A stretch of DNA of 64,000 nucleotides, from positions 1-64,000 of the IMG/VR virus record IMGVR_UViG_3300023060_000001; one strand, given 5' to 3'. The translations under genes were made by a program, and so were the position numbers. Source of the DNA: a virus. Taxonomy: Duplodnaviria; Caudoviricetes. The first letter of the stretch is position 1; each line of letters begins with the position of its first letter. The notes under the pieces were generated by a model. The model saw only the letters and a program-made list of their open reading frames with translations. It ran no database searches and was not told the origin of the DNA. This document shows positions 19,185 through 29,532 of this stretch, in pieces.

Positions 19185-20357
19185 ATGACATTTTCATTTA
19201 CCCCTGAGACAGCTTCTTCTGGTGGCACTGGCGGCGGTTCTGCAGTATCGGATGATCAATGGAAAGAATGGAACGATTATTACTACAGCTTACTTGATGG
19301 CAAGGAACAACCTCATAAAAATAAGCAAGGTGATATTGTAGAAGGGCGCTTTTATAAGAAGAAGAAACTTGTAGGCAAGCTTGCAATGTTAGTGGATTGT
19401 GGTTTACAGCCTCAACCTGATTCTTCTTATGAGTGGAAAGGTGAGATTACGGAAGAGGAACATATTGCAAAGTATCCTGATAACTATTTCAAAACAGTTG
19501 ATGGTAAACGTATGCAATTTAAACCTGAGCGTCCTACGCAAGAGTTTGCATTCTACTTTGATTTCCCTAAGATTATCGTGGATTGGACTAAACACCCAAT
19601 TGAGGCTTTACATAGTCTTGGTCAGAAGCCTTTACGTGTAAGCTATAATGGGTACTTTAAGAATAGTAATATGGGTTTAGAGGGTTTTGCAAAACAGTTA
19701 CGATTTGCACCTAATTTCCGTACTGGTAAAGTTAGTCCAAATAATCCTATCTACAAGATTGCCACTGCGATGAATGTTGCAGATGAGTTTGAAAGTAGTA
19801 ATTATGATTTTGGTAAATTAGCAGGTGGTCATTGTTTCTTCGATGTGTACATCACAAAGAATACTTACAATGGTAAATCTTACTATGATGCAGAAATCAA
19901 GAACTATTCTGAAATCACGGAAATTGAAGCAGGTGATAACACTATTACAGTGGAACAGCAAATTCCAGAAAGTAATGAACCTTTTGTAGGTGTTACTCTT
20001 AATGGTGGTAATTATTCTGATGAAGTATTGGATATGGTTGCACACAAGAAAGAGTTGATGGCAGTGTTACCTCGTGCAAAAGCGTTCCAACCAAATGCAA
20101 CAAAGAATCCTGACTTCTGGTTAGGTTGTAATTGGAAAGATAGTGACCTTTGTAAAGCTTTAGGGGATCGTGCTCCGAAGGTGGATAAGAATGGTGACAA
20201 GGTTCCTGTTGCTGGAACGGAAGTGGTGGAACAAAGTAGTGTTCAGCAAGAATCAGGTGTTGTTCAGCAAAAGGATAAAGTTGTGGAAGAACCTGTTGAG
20301 GAAAGTTTTACTCCTGCGGAAGATGATTTCGACTTCCAAGATGATGTACCTTTTTGA
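19185..20357 (+). CDS. putative single-stranded DNA-binding protein
   Basis: Acidic tail ending DDFDFQDDVPF; high-expression codon style; own promoter and terminator; start after AAGGA. Confidence 0.7.
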   Translation: MTFSFTPETASSGGTGGGSAVSDDQWKEWNDYYYSLLDGKEQPHKNKQGDIVEGRFYKKKKLVGKLAMLVDCGLQPQPDSSYEWKGEITEEEHIAKYPDNYFKTVDGKRMQFKPERPTQEFAFYFDFPKIIVDWTKHPIEALHSLGQKPLRVSYNGYFKNSNMGLEGFAKQLRFAPNFRTGKVSPNNPIYKIATAMNVADEFESSNYDFGKLAGGHCFFDVYITKNTYNGKSYYDAEIKNYSEITEIEAGDNTITVEQQIPESNEPFVGVTLNGGNYSDEVLDMVAHKKELMAVLPRAKAFQPNATKNPDFWLGCNWKDSDLCKALGDRAPKVDKNGDKVPVAGTEVVEQSSVQQESGVVQQKDKVVEEPVEESFTPAEDDFDFQDDVPF

Positions 20358-20373
20358 GGTAAATCAATAACTT

Positions 20374-20403
20374 AACCCTCTTATCAGAGGGTTTTCTTCT
20401 TTT
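20374..20403 (+). terminator. intrinsic terminator
   Basis: aaccctct-tatc-agagggtt followed by a U-rich tail. Confidence 0.75.
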
Positions 20404-20415
20404 AAGTGAGGTGTT

Positions 20416-20874
20416 ATGAAGGAATGTAGAAAGTGCAAAAATTATCTCAGTTTAGAAATGTTTTACAGAAACAGTAGGAGCAAGGATGGTAGGGCTAATT
20501 TATGTAAACCTTGCCGAAAGAAAGAGCAACAACTTTACCGTAAAACTGAGAAAGGTAAAGCTACTGACAGGAGATATAATAATAGCGATAAGAGGATAAA
20601 AAACTTATACGCTTATTGGGATAGAAACTCTGATAAAAAGTACGCACAAACTCAACTAAGTAATGCTATACGAGATGGTAAAATAATCAAGGATAGTCAT
20701 TGCCAATGTTGTAACACTATTAAAGTAGAAGGTCATCATTGGTCTTATGAAAAATGTAATGTTTTGGATGTATTCTGGCTGTGTAAATCCTGCCATACCA
20801 AAGAACATGAGATGATTAAAGTTAAGGGATACCCTGAATACAGGAAACTTTACATAGAAGATAAAAATACTTAG
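20416..20874 (+). CDS. HNH-like zinc-finger endonuclease
   Basis: N-terminal CxxC..F....CKxC; CQCC..EGHH..Y...WLCKSCH..H. Confidence 0.7.
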   Translation: MKECRKCKNYLSLEMFYRNSRSKDGRANLCKPCRKKEQQLYRKTEKGKATDRRYNNSDKRIKNLYAYWDRNSDKKYAQTQLSNAIRDGKIIKDSHCQCCNTIKVEGHHWSYEKCNVLDVFWLCKSCHTKEHEMIKVKGYPEYRKLYIEDKNT

Positions 20875-20900
20875 CTTAAAACTGCCCCATTACACATAAG

Positions 20901-20940
20901 AAAGCCCCAAGAAACTTAATCGTCTCTTGGGGCTTTTTAT
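20901..20940 (+). terminator. intrinsic terminator, possibly bidirectional
   Basis: aaagccccaaga...tcttggggcttttt. Confidence 0.8.
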
Positions 20941-21040
20941 TACCTGATTAAAAATAATCCACATTCACACCAATAATCCCCTTTACAAAAGAAATCCTTT
21001 GTCTATAATTTAATCAACATTTAAACAGGAGGACACCCAT

Positions 21041-21400
21041 ATGAAAATTTTAATACTACTTATATCAGTATTGGCTTTTTGTGGCTGCAACACTACTTCA
21101 CAAAAGGATAACCAAATTTACCGAAAAGCTATTTCTAATTTCGTATATGAATCTGATATTGAAGATGAGAGACGTATTTATGAAAATATTGATGATAAAT
21201 TTTATGGTGATTGTGAGGATTTTGCATTCACTTTACAAAAGCAAATCGGTGGTGAAGTGTGGTATGTCATTTTAAATGATAAAACTTCTTATAGGTATCA
21301 TGCTGTCCTTGTAAAAGATGGATTCACTTATGATTATATTTATAAATCTAGCTGGAAGGAAAATTATCCAGCTAGATTTATGTGGGTGGTGGTTAAGTAG
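21041..21400 (+). CDS. lipoprotein, transglutaminase-like cysteine peptidase
   Basis: Lipobox-like signal; GDCEDFA...HAVL...D catalytic triad pattern; own promoter. Confidence 0.7.
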   Translation: MKILILLISVLAFCGCNTTSQKDNQIYRKAISNFVYESDIEDERRIYENIDDKFYGDCEDFAFTLQKQIGGEVWYVILNDKTSYRYHAVLVKDGFTYDYIYKSSWKENYPARFMWVVVK

Positions 21401-21424
21401 TAAATAAATTACTGGTATCAATTA

Positions 21425-23791
21425 TTAGTATTGGTCTCCTTCTAGGGAAACAGCGTAAGAATCTACAGATATAGTGTCTCCTGCTGTGTCGACCCACGCT
21501 GCGATCTCTAAATTGTAGTCCGTTGAATCAAAATCAAAACCCCCACTACTTATTCTTTCGATACTAGTTCCAGATGAGCTTACTATTGTGGTTGTCGAGA
21601 ACAACTCCCCTACTACGACTTTAATAGTGGTATGTAGGTTGAAGGGAGTTTGATCTCCTATAGTTGTCTCTAACCTACCTAACTCTACTCCCGCAAAAGT
21701 TAGTGTCAGATACTTTATACCCCCCGTACCGAAAGTTTGCCCAGTGATATCTACCGTGAGAGTTGCGGTATTTGAGAGGCTGAAAGAGGGTGCAGATACC
21801 TGCGCGACGGCTACAAGAGATCCTAGGGTTGTTGTGGTTACTAACTTCCTTCCTTCACTACGGATCAGGGCAGCTTCTATGTTGTTCTTTCTTATGGATC
21901 TATTCCCTACCACTGTGTTCTTTCTGTAGAAAGCCTCTAATGTCCCGCTACTAGCTACGAACCCACTAGGGATAGTGTTTAAACTCACGAAACCGTTATT
22001 AGCGCTACCAAAAATAGACGCTTTCTCTGTTTGCTCAAATTTATTGCTTGATATCTTATACCCGTTTAGACCTATCCTTGCTAACACCCCAGAAGATGTA
22101 ACTCCTCCATAGAAATTACAATTCTCTAATTTAGGTGCTTCTATAACCGACGTACCGTTTTCTATCATATCGAATAGGTAAGCTGGGTTCGTACTGTGGA
22201 AGTCCACTCCCGACACTACGTTACCTCTCGAACCTCCTGATACTGCCTCGGAAAAAGACACAAGAGTGCCCCGAGCACCTTTTAAGTACATCACCCCCTC
22301 TATTATTTTACAATTGAACGAATTTGTGAACGCTACTACTGGAGTGAATCTGTCGAAAGAATTAGCTACTGTTTTTAAACCTTTGACATTACAGTTCTCT
22401 GAGTTTTCAGAGAACAGTACTAGATTTATAGAGGTATTGTCGTCACCGAATCTATCCGCTGTAACATCCTTTATGTCACTATTGAAACTATTAGAGGCTA
22501 TTTCAATAAGTTGTCTACTATACTCACCTTTTAAACCTGATACTTGTGTTCTTTGGAAACTATTCCCGTACCATAAGGCAGTAGATTTTACTTTTGTGTT
22601 ATAGAAATTACAATTTAAAGTGGCAGTAGATGCTGTCCAAAAATGTTCAGACTCAACAACCAGATCGTGTATATCTGCGTCACGAAGTACGTAACATTTC
22701 TGACGTACACCTGTAGCTAGTTGGTAGAAATCCAACTCGTCATCGGTTTTTGCCACCGACACCCCTGTCACAGACTTATCGTGCTCGTATCTTAAACTTA
22801 GAACACCTCCAGAAATACCTTCTATTACATTAAATCTCATGAAATCAGATGGTGTAGGTAAACCTATTGCTATACTTTCTGTATCACGTATTATTATAGT
22901 CTGACCTATTGTATAATCGTCAGCGGACTGTCCTAGGTCAACCGTGTTAGTACCTGCGGTCACTTGCAACGCAGTGTCATATGAGAGATCGTTGTACAGA
23001 ACGTTATCGAATGCCCCCGGCATAACCACGAAGGAGTCTCCAAATGTTGGAGGAGGGAAAGGTCTATCATTTTTAGTGGCCACGTGGTTAAAATAGTACG
23101 TCAACCCTGAACGTAGAAATATAGGACCCGTTACTCTGTAATAGGCATCCGTGGGGATAAGCTCCCAAGCCTTGCCAGCAACTTTAGCTGCATCTATAGA
23201 ATACTGGTAAGGAAACCAATCTTCACTAACACCGTCAGCTAAGGCTCCGAAAAGGTAAGGATTGTACCTACCTTCCTTAATATCCCTTACCCAACAACCA
23301 GTACCAGCTCCACTCCAATCCAACAACGTTGCCAAATCCCCTTGTGTACCATCCCACGCTGCAACAGCAGCAGGAGAAATCACCGTACCACCGTTGTGGT
23401 CACTACGATCCCTTAGTGGTTGGTAAACAAAATCCCCACCACCAACCACAGTATCAGCATAGAATCCATTTATAGAAACTCTTTGCCCATCTTTAGGATT
23501 ATTAATACTTCCCAAATCCTTTATAGAATTGAGGTTACCCTTTTCCGAAATAGCGATCACAGCATTCAAATAATCACTTTGTCCAACTTGATCAGGTGTT
23601 CCAGAAGGAATAATATCCGCAGCATCTAATAATGCCTGCAAAAACCCCCATTGATCATTAACCCAACTTGCACGAAGTGGTGTCCCTGTGCCTTTCTCCC
23701 CGTTTACAATATCCTGTGCCTTGCCTAAAGGATAGCCACTATCACCAGTGACCACCCTTCCTGAATATAAATTACTTGCTACAATAGTCAT
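21425..23791 (-). CDS. tail spike / receptor-binding depolymerase
   Basis: N-terminal virion anchor (GTP..ASW.ND), GGG.F shoulder, FGA.ADG..D beta-helix entry, N/S/T-rich beta-helix. Confidence 0.85.
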   Translation of the reverse strand: MTIVASNLYSGRVVTGDSGYPLGKAQDIVNGEKGTGTPLRASWVNDQWGFLQALLDAADIIPSGTPDQVGQSDYLNAVIAISEKGNLNSIKDLGSINNPKDGQRVSINGFYADTVVGGGDFVYQPLRDRSDHNGGTVISPAAVAAWDGTQGDLATLLDWSGAGTGCWVRDIKEGRYNPYLFGALADGVSEDWFPYQYSIDAAKVAGKAWELIPTDAYYRVTGPIFLRSGLTYYFNHVATKNDRPFPPPTFGDSFVVMPGAFDNVLYNDLSYDTALQVTAGTNTVDLGQSADDYTIGQTIIIRDTESIAIGLPTPSDFMRFNVIEGISGGVLSLRYEHDKSVTGVSVAKTDDELDFYQLATGVRQKCYVLRDADIHDLVVESEHFWTASTATLNCNFYNTKVKSTALWYGNSFQRTQVSGLKGEYSRQLIEIASNSFNSDIKDVTADRFGDDNTSINLVLFSENSENCNVKGLKTVANSFDRFTPVVAFTNSFNCKIIEGVMYLKGARGTLVSFSEAVSGGSRGNVVSGVDFHSTNPAYLFDMIENGTSVIEAPKLENCNFYGGVTSSGVLARIGLNGYKISSNKFEQTEKASIFGSANNGFVSLNTIPSGFVASSGTLEAFYRKNTVVGNRSIRKNNIEAALIRSEGRKLVTTTTLGSLVAVAQVSAPSFSLSNTATLTVDITGQTFGTGGIKYLTLTFAGVELGRLETTIGDQTPFNLHTTIKVVVGELFSTTTIVSSSGTSIERISSGGFDFDSTDYNLEIAAWVDTAGDTISVDSYAVSLEGDQY

Positions 23792-23846
23792 GTTCTAGTG
23801 TTCCTTAAATTTATTATAATTGTTATTATTTTATTAAAACGATCTC

Positions 23847-24701
23847 CTAGAAAGAAGATTGATCCCTGTCCGTCAATAATTCTGCTCTTTTACCTCTTAG
23901 ATTATCTAAATCTAATACATTATAGTTTTCATCATAAATATCAGATAATTCTGGGTAAATACCTTGCCCTAATAGAGAATTTACACTAAATAACGCAAAG
24001 GCTTTTTCTCCTTCAAAAGATTTTAATTCCATTGTCCCAAGTTCCGCCCCTGTCTCTCCTAGAGATAATCCTGTGAAAGGGGTAGGTAGGGCACACTCAA
24101 TAAAAGTCCCTCCACATTCAGCGTCCACACTACCTGTATCAATATCTTCTATTGTGGCATTCGGGGAATAAGTGTATTCGTTATCATAAGCAGTGGATAA
24201 TTCTATGGGACGAAATCCATAGTTATCAATCAATACCATTATACCGCCAGTACGAACACCAGCAGGAGTAACATTGTCTAAAGTGGAGGGTATCGCTGTT
24301 GGAATTGTTTCTCCATTGGTTTCCAACACTGTACAAGCAGGGTAATGTTCAAAGTACCTCACTTTTGTGGCGTTGGTAGCTATTGATAGATAATTGATCA
24401 CATCCTCAGGTGTACCACTTCCAATATTAACACTTATTTTAAAAAGTATATAATTTCGGTAATCTGAGTCTGTTCTGCCTTTACGTTCAGCACCAATCAA
24501 TTTACCAATAAGATCTAGTTGGTAACCTGTAGCAGTTTTAAAGTCTGTATTTATTGCTGATAAAGATAATTGTTCAACGTTTAAATCTTCTACAGACTCT
24601 AAGTATATTCTTAAAAATTCTCTTAATTTATCACTGTTTTCATACTGTATAGGTAAGAGGTCGGTGTACTCTTCATAATTTCTTTCTTTGATTACACTCA
24701 T
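23847..24701 (-). CDS. baseplate wedge protein (DUF2612-like)
   Basis: TATGYQLDLIGKLIG..R...D.DYR motif; follows baseplate J. Confidence 0.8.
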   Translation of the reverse strand: MSVIKERNYEEYTDLLPIQYENSDKLREFLRIYLESVEDLNVEQLSLSAINTDFKTATGYQLDLIGKLIGAERKGRTDSDYRNYILFKISVNIGSGTPEDVINYLSIATNATKVRYFEHYPACTVLETNGETIPTAIPSTLDNVTPAGVRTGGIMVLIDNYGFRPIELSTAYDNEYTYSPNATIEDIDTGSVDAECGGTFIECALPTPFTGLSLGETGAELGTMELKSFEGEKAFALFSVNSLLGQGIYPELSDIYDENYNVLDLDNLRGKRAELLTDRDQSSF

Positions 24702-24702
24702 A

Positions 24703-26145
24703 TTACCTCTCGAAAACTGAAATCCTATCTAATGAAAAGGATGCTTCTTCTAAAATACTTATACCAATCGGAGGAGAAGCTACTAACAAAGGTGTTGAAT
24801 CTGTAGGACTATCTGTTGCTCCTATAAGAACATCCACTTCCTGCAACCCTGTTATATTTTGGAAAATAGCACTCATTATACGTTGTTGAATAACATCTTC
24901 TCCAACGTTTAAACCTTCACCAAAAGATAACACAGTGTTAGCTATAGAAGTTTCACCATCTTCAGGGAATTCTTCTTCATCATACTTGGTGTAGAATATA
25001 TTAACATGAATATACTTGTCTTTAACCCTTGAATATGATATTGAATGTTGGATACCTTGACTATCAGTGATAATACCTTTAGAATCACCATCAGAACGTA
25101 TCCCAGCGGGTTTAGTTAACCAAATGGTATCCACTATTGCCTGAGAACCTCCGCCTTTTACAACGCATTTGAATGAGTTTGGTGAGATATCATTTTCAGC
25201 ATCGTATTCACTTGAGTCATTTTCTAAAACTATTGCATTTGTAACACCAGATAAACTTAATAAAGCTGACCTGATTGCCTCCACAGTACCTTTACCAGAA
25301 CGTTCAGTGGCTTTATATCTTAACCTTAGGGTTTCATCATCTTCCCTACCACTACCTCCTTGGATAGGACGAGGGTTATTTATAGACTGGATAGCTGTGT
25401 AAGTAGGAGCATTGATTACAGTGTTTTCTGAATATGATTGAGTAGAAAGTACATCTGATGTAATCTGACCATATCCAATAATCGTACCTAACTCTAAATA
25501 TTGTCCAGTAGATATTGAAAATTGTAATGTATCTTCTACAGAAGCGATGATAACACTTTCCGTAAAAGGAGTCACTAATAAATCAGGACGATCTGTTTCA
25601 ATAGCAGATTTTAAACTTTCTAACTTCTCACTATTAGGGATATTCAATGTATCAGAAGATAGGTAATTTATCCCATCAATGGTAACTACAAATTGTGCAG
25701 AAACAGGGATATTATCTGATAAATTATAAACAACTGTTGTAGCAAGGTCTTCACTTATGTTAATATTCGATTCATTAGTGAAAGTGTTTCCGTCCGAATC
25801 TGACCAAACACTACCTGCAAGGATATTGACTGGTGCAGAAGCTGTTACATAAATATCACCGAAAGGATATGTACCATTTGAACGTTGTACACCTCTTAGT
25901 GCGACAAGATTATCCAACCATACACCAGTGGCTTTATCTATGTCAAACATATTCTGCAAGCTTTGAGTGTTAGCCCACGCTTGAGAAAGAGGTAGAATAT
26001 AAATATTGGTGATAACTTCTGCTACACTATCTGGGAGAGATGTGATATCAATCCCTAACTCGGTTTTAAGGTTTGCAGCAACCTCTGTTTTTATATCGTC
26101 AAACTTTTTAGCTTTGAAACCAGCATCGGTTACTCCAAATGCCAT
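24703..26145 (-). CDS. baseplate J-like protein
   Basis: ATGVWLD, GG..REDDETLR.R, KPAGI motifs. Confidence 0.9.
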   Translation of the reverse strand: MAFGVTDAGFKAKKFDDIKTEVAANLKTELGIDITSLPDSVAEVITNIYILPLSQAWANTQSLQNMFDIDKATGVWLDNLVALRGVQRSNGTYPFGDIYVTASAPVNILAGSVWSDSDGNTFTNESNINISEDLATTVVYNLSDNIPVSAQFVVTIDGINYLSSDTLNIPNSEKLESLKSAIETDRPDLLVTPFTESVIIASVEDTLQFSISTGQYLELGTIIGYGQITSDVLSTQSYSENTVINAPTYTAIQSINNPRPIQGGSGREDDETLRLRYKATERSGKGTVEAIRSALLSLSGVTNAIVLENDSSEYDAENDISPNSFKCVVKGGGSQAIVDTIWLTKPAGIRSDGDSKGIITDSQGIQHSISYSRVKDKYIHVNIFYTKYDEEEFPEDGETSIANTVLSFGEGLNVGEDVIQQRIMSAIFQNITGLQEVDVLIGATDSPTDSTPLLVASPPIGISILEEASFSLDRISVFER

Positions 26146-26159
26146 ATTGTATCCTCCTC

Positions 26160-26516
26160 TTAAACTTCTAATGTCACATTAGATAAATCTGCACCAACAA
26201 GAGTCTTTGCTGAAAAGGTAACTTTTAAAGTTGTACCTTCTAGAACACTTGTATAATTTGTTATGCTTGTTATATTGTCTGTATTCTTGATTGCAGTTTT
26301 AATGTAAGTATCTGCTAAATCTTTAGTATCATTTCGACCAAAGATCTCTTGGTAATAAGGTATCCCGTTGTTTAAATCTAAAAACCAGTTACCTTGATAA
26401 TTCTGTAATCTTATTTTAACAGCTTGTACTGTACCATCTTCAATAGTTTCAAAGAGTTTAATATCTTTTCCTTCTACCAAAAGATCATGTGAACTGGTTA
26501 ATGTTATATCTGCCAT
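26160..26516 (-). CDS. baseplate wedge protein (gp25/W-like)
   Basis: Q.VKIRL....GNWFLD...GIPY. Confidence 0.8.
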   Translation of the reverse strand: MADITLTSSHDLLVEGKDIKLFETIEDGTVQAVKIRLQNYQGNWFLDLNNGIPYYQEIFGRNDTKDLADTYIKTAIKNTDNITSITNYTSVLEGTTLKVTFSAKTLVGADLSNVTLEV

Positions 26517-26532
26517 TGTTCAACCTTAAACT

Positions 26533-26724
26533 TTATGTTATTTTATAAACCCCTGCACTACTTCCACCTGTGACAGTAACTTCCGCATTGGCTGTAATTT
26601 CATCTATAATTGCACCAACAAGGGCTTCAATAGCTTCTGTGTTATCCGTTTCACCGTTTGTGTAATCTATTTGTGCAAGTGCTGCTTTCGCTGCTGCAAC
26701 TATGTTAGCTTTCACCATGGGCAT
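26533..26724 (-). CDS. small baseplate spike-associated protein
   Basis: Position; I..NAEV.V.GGSSAG motif. Confidence 0.6.
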   Translation of the reverse strand: MPMVKANIVAAAKAALAQIDYTNGETDNTEAIEALVGAIIDEITANAEVTVTGGSSAGVYKIT

Positions 26725-26729
26725 AATTG

Positions 26730-27449
26730 TTATCCTTTTAATGTATCCAATCTTGACTTAAGTGCTGTGAATGCAGGAAGGTTGTTGATTGGGGTGTTCG
26801 GACCATAGATAGTATTCGTGGTGATTTTAGATATTTCTTCTAAACATTCACTGAACAAATTCACCAACTCTTCTCCGCTGTTCTGAATCTTAATTGTTGC
26901 AGCAGTGGTGATTTCTATGTTACCATCGGGTAGTAATTTAACACTACTACCGCTTTCCGAGGTTATGTCTACACTTTTATCAGGTCGTTGTATAATACTT
27001 GATAAAGGGTCCCCTTGTTGGTCACGGAATTGTAACTCTACGTTCTCTGTGGAAGCGTTGACGCTGTTGTTTTTACTTTTTAATCCTAGTATAGCCACTG
27101 CATCTGAATAATCGTTAAACCTCACTGTGGAGCTTAATGAAGGGGCTTTAGAAGTATTCCACCAAGTATCAAAATTACGAGAGGACATAACCAACAAAAC
27201 TTCATCATTTACATTAACAGGAAAAGTTAGAACACCACCACCACTACCCGTTTGGATAAGAGGGCATTGTATGTAAGCGTGTTCTTGTGATTCACCAGAA
27301 GTGTATGCTTCAAACATAACAGGTTGACATAGTACTCTTTGGGTAGTAGTATCATAGCTAATAACTTTAGCTGGAAGGGAACTATACATCTGAGCTTCAT
27401 AATTATCCAAGTGGGAAATTATAGCTTGATTAAAACTATCTGTATCCAT
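26730..27449 (-). CDS. baseplate central spike (gp138/gpV-like)
   Basis: LPAKV.SYD, TFPV..GDE-like, and SDAVAI.G motifs. Confidence 0.8.
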   Translation of the reverse strand: MDTDSFNQAIISHLDNYEAQMYSSLPAKVISYDTTTQRVLCQPVMFEAYTSGESQEHAYIQCPLIQTGSGGGVLTFPVNVNDEVLLVMSSRNFDTWWNTSKAPSLSSTVRFNDYSDAVAILGLKSKNNSVNASTENVELQFRDQQGDPLSSIIQRPDKSVDITSESGSSVKLLPDGNIEITTAATIKIQNSGEELVNLFSECLEEISKITTNTIYGPNTPINNLPAFTALKSRLDTLKG

Positions 27450-27498
27450 ATATTATAACCTTATTCTTATTATTTATCAAGGGAAGATGAAACCCAAG

Positions 27499-28581
27499 TT
27501 ATTGAACAAGGGTTTGACATGTTAACACGGTATCCCATGCACCTAATTCATTATCTAGGTTATGAGTGGCTTGGATTATTTTGTAAACACCTTCATACTT
27601 ACCCTCAGTGATTTCAATCCTTTTATCAATGGACATCCTTGCATCTAAGAATGTTGATATTGTCACACCAGTGATCTTATCCTTTTTGTTATCCTTTACA
27701 CCTTCAATAGATTTTATTAAATTATTATCCAAGGTGAATTGTTCAACAGATTTGGTGTAGCCTCTTGGGTGAATGAATAATCTTCCGTTAGCAATGTACC
27801 AAATGTACCCACATTGTGCTGTAACTTTATCCAATGCTTGATGAAGGAATCCTGTGACACTATAGCCATTCACCAAAGGGATATCATCTGGGGATAATAA
27901 TTGTACGTAGTCAACTCTATCTTCCTCAGAGGCTCGACCTACATATTGACCAAGAGGAACTCCGTTGTCACCATATATACCTATTAGATATTCGATCACT
28001 GTTCCGAGGGTGTTTCCTGATGGGGAAGCGGTAATTCCTGTTGCAGCATTGTTTGCCCCGTCTGAAGTAGAAACACCATCACCCTCAAAGTATTTACTTA
28101 TTTTAACAGTGTCATTCACACTTTGAGCAGCGGTGCATTCTATAACAGTTATTCTATCTTCACCTGATTGAATAGTTTTAACTTGGCGGGTTTGTCCTGT
28201 GAATAACAAGGGGAGTGTCTTATCCTCACTCTCAAAATCGGAATAATACCCTGCTTCAAGGATCACCTGTGCATTCTCTTGTTCTACTGTGGCAAGACTA
28301 TCTTCTGACAAGTTGTACAATTGAATAATAGTATTACCACCTTTAGAACCTCCCGCTTTTGCAGAAGAAGTTACATCGGCTATAAGACGGAGTTCCCTGA
28401 ACTCTCTTGCACGTAAGGTGGTTTCTGTCCTAAAGTCAACTGAAATAGAAGGATCTAAACTTCCAATAACTTTTCCCTGTTTAAAAACATTACCTTCTAA
28501 AAGATCATCTGGTGAAACATCGGTAATTGCGGGAGGGAGTCCTATAACCAAACGGTATTGTCTATCCAGTAGCTGCGTCAT
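27499..28581 (-). CDS. baseplate hub protein
   Basis: YNLS, LEAGY, LF.G motifs; synteny. Confidence 0.75.
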   Translation of the reverse strand: MTQLLDRQYRLVIGLPPAITDVSPDDLLEGNVFKQGKVIGSLDPSISVDFRTETTLRAREFRELRLIADVTSSAKAGGSKGGNTIIQLYNLSEDSLATVEQENAQVILEAGYYSDFESEDKTLPLLFTGQTRQVKTIQSGEDRITVIECTAAQSVNDTVKISKYFEGDGVSTSDGANNAATGITASPSGNTLGTVIEYLIGIYGDNGVPLGQYVGRASEEDRVDYVQLLSPDDIPLVNGYSVTGFLHQALDKVTAQCGYIWYIANGRLFIHPRGYTKSVEQFTLDNNLIKSIEGVKDNKKDKITGVTISTFLDARMSIDKRIEITEGKYEGVYKIIQATHNLDNELGAWDTVLTCQTLVQ

Positions 28582-28915
28582 ATAATTCCACCTCTGCTGC
28601 TGTCCAGTATATTAGTTGATATTGTTTATCAGTCCCAAAGTTATCCCTTCCGATAAGTTCACTACTACTTTGGTTATTGTAAACCATTAATGCCCCGCCA
28701 GAGAAATAATCACCCACGGATAAATACTTTCTGGTAAGGAATTGCTGTGGTAAAAGTTTTATACCATTTACAATATCGTTATCATCTTTATCAGAGATAT
28801 CCAAGTACCAAGAGTCATCTGATGTATTGAAAGTAACCCTTATGTAAAAAGAGGTTTTATTCAGAGTAACGGGTTTCTCTTGGTAAGCGGAATCTGTTAT
28901 TTTTATTTGGATCAT
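28562..28915 (-). CDS. baseplate/tail tip protein
   Basis: FN...SWYLDI motif; synteny. Confidence 0.7.
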   Translation of the reverse strand: MIQIKITDSAYQEKPVTLNKTSFYIRVTFNTSDDSWYLDISDKDDNDIVNGIKLLPQQFLTRKYLSVGDYFSGGALMVYNNQSSSELIGRDNFGTDKQYQLIYWTAAEVELYDAATG

Positions 28916-29529
28916 GGGGTTGGTTCCTCTGGAGAAGTGTTTCCTGAGAATACAGAGCCTATAGCTATACCTGCATCCAACACTGTATTCTTATCTAATT
29001 CGGTCAACCCTTTAGTGGTTTGATTATTACCTGTAGTTTTTGACGCAGTATCGTCTTGAGTACTTTCAGCAGGGGTCTGCACTAGTGTTAGTGAAGCCTT
29101 GTTTACAAAAGATACATCTTGGAAAGAAAGGGCTACTCTCCATCCTCCAAAACCTTCTGCTTTGCTTTTACTAGCTGAAAAATTAGTAATAACACAATTC
29201 TCAATAACAATATTATCAGCTACTACTGTCAGAGGTCGAATAGGAGTTTCTTCTCTAAGGGAATCCACTTGGCCTATCCAATCTGAGGTTTCTAAAGAGG
29301 TGTTACCTTCCTTGTAAATACCCACATTAGTAATAACACCATCAAAAGAAATATCCCAGTTATCTAAGTGGTAATTATCCATTAAACTTTTACCAGATTC
29401 TACCCTTGATCGGGTTGCTCTTGCTGAACGAGATATTCTTATATTGGTGGTAGCTGCCAAGCGGTACAAAGCAGATTCCTTATCGCCTACCGCTGGAGCT
29501 ATAAAATAAAACACACTCTGCTTTGCCAT
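28912..29529 (-). CDS. tail tube initiator / Dit-like protein
   Basis: T...VESG....D motif; directly after the tape measure gene. Confidence 0.7.
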   Translation of the reverse strand: MAKQSVFYFIAPAVGDKESALYRLAATTNIRISRSARATRSRVESGKSLMDNYHLDNWDISFDGVITNVGIYKEGNTSLETSDWIGQVDSLREETPIRPLTVVADNIVIENCVITNFSASKSKAEGFGGWRVALSFQDVSFVNKASLTLVQTPAESTQDDTASKTTGNNQTTKGLTELDKNTVLDAGIAIGSVFSGNTSPEEPTP

Positions 29530-29532
29530 TTA

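Noticed and set aside
21744-23629. Short + strand ORFs inside the tail spike, and similar shadow ORFs across the window
   Set aside because: Antisense shadows of long coding frames with no RBS or motifs
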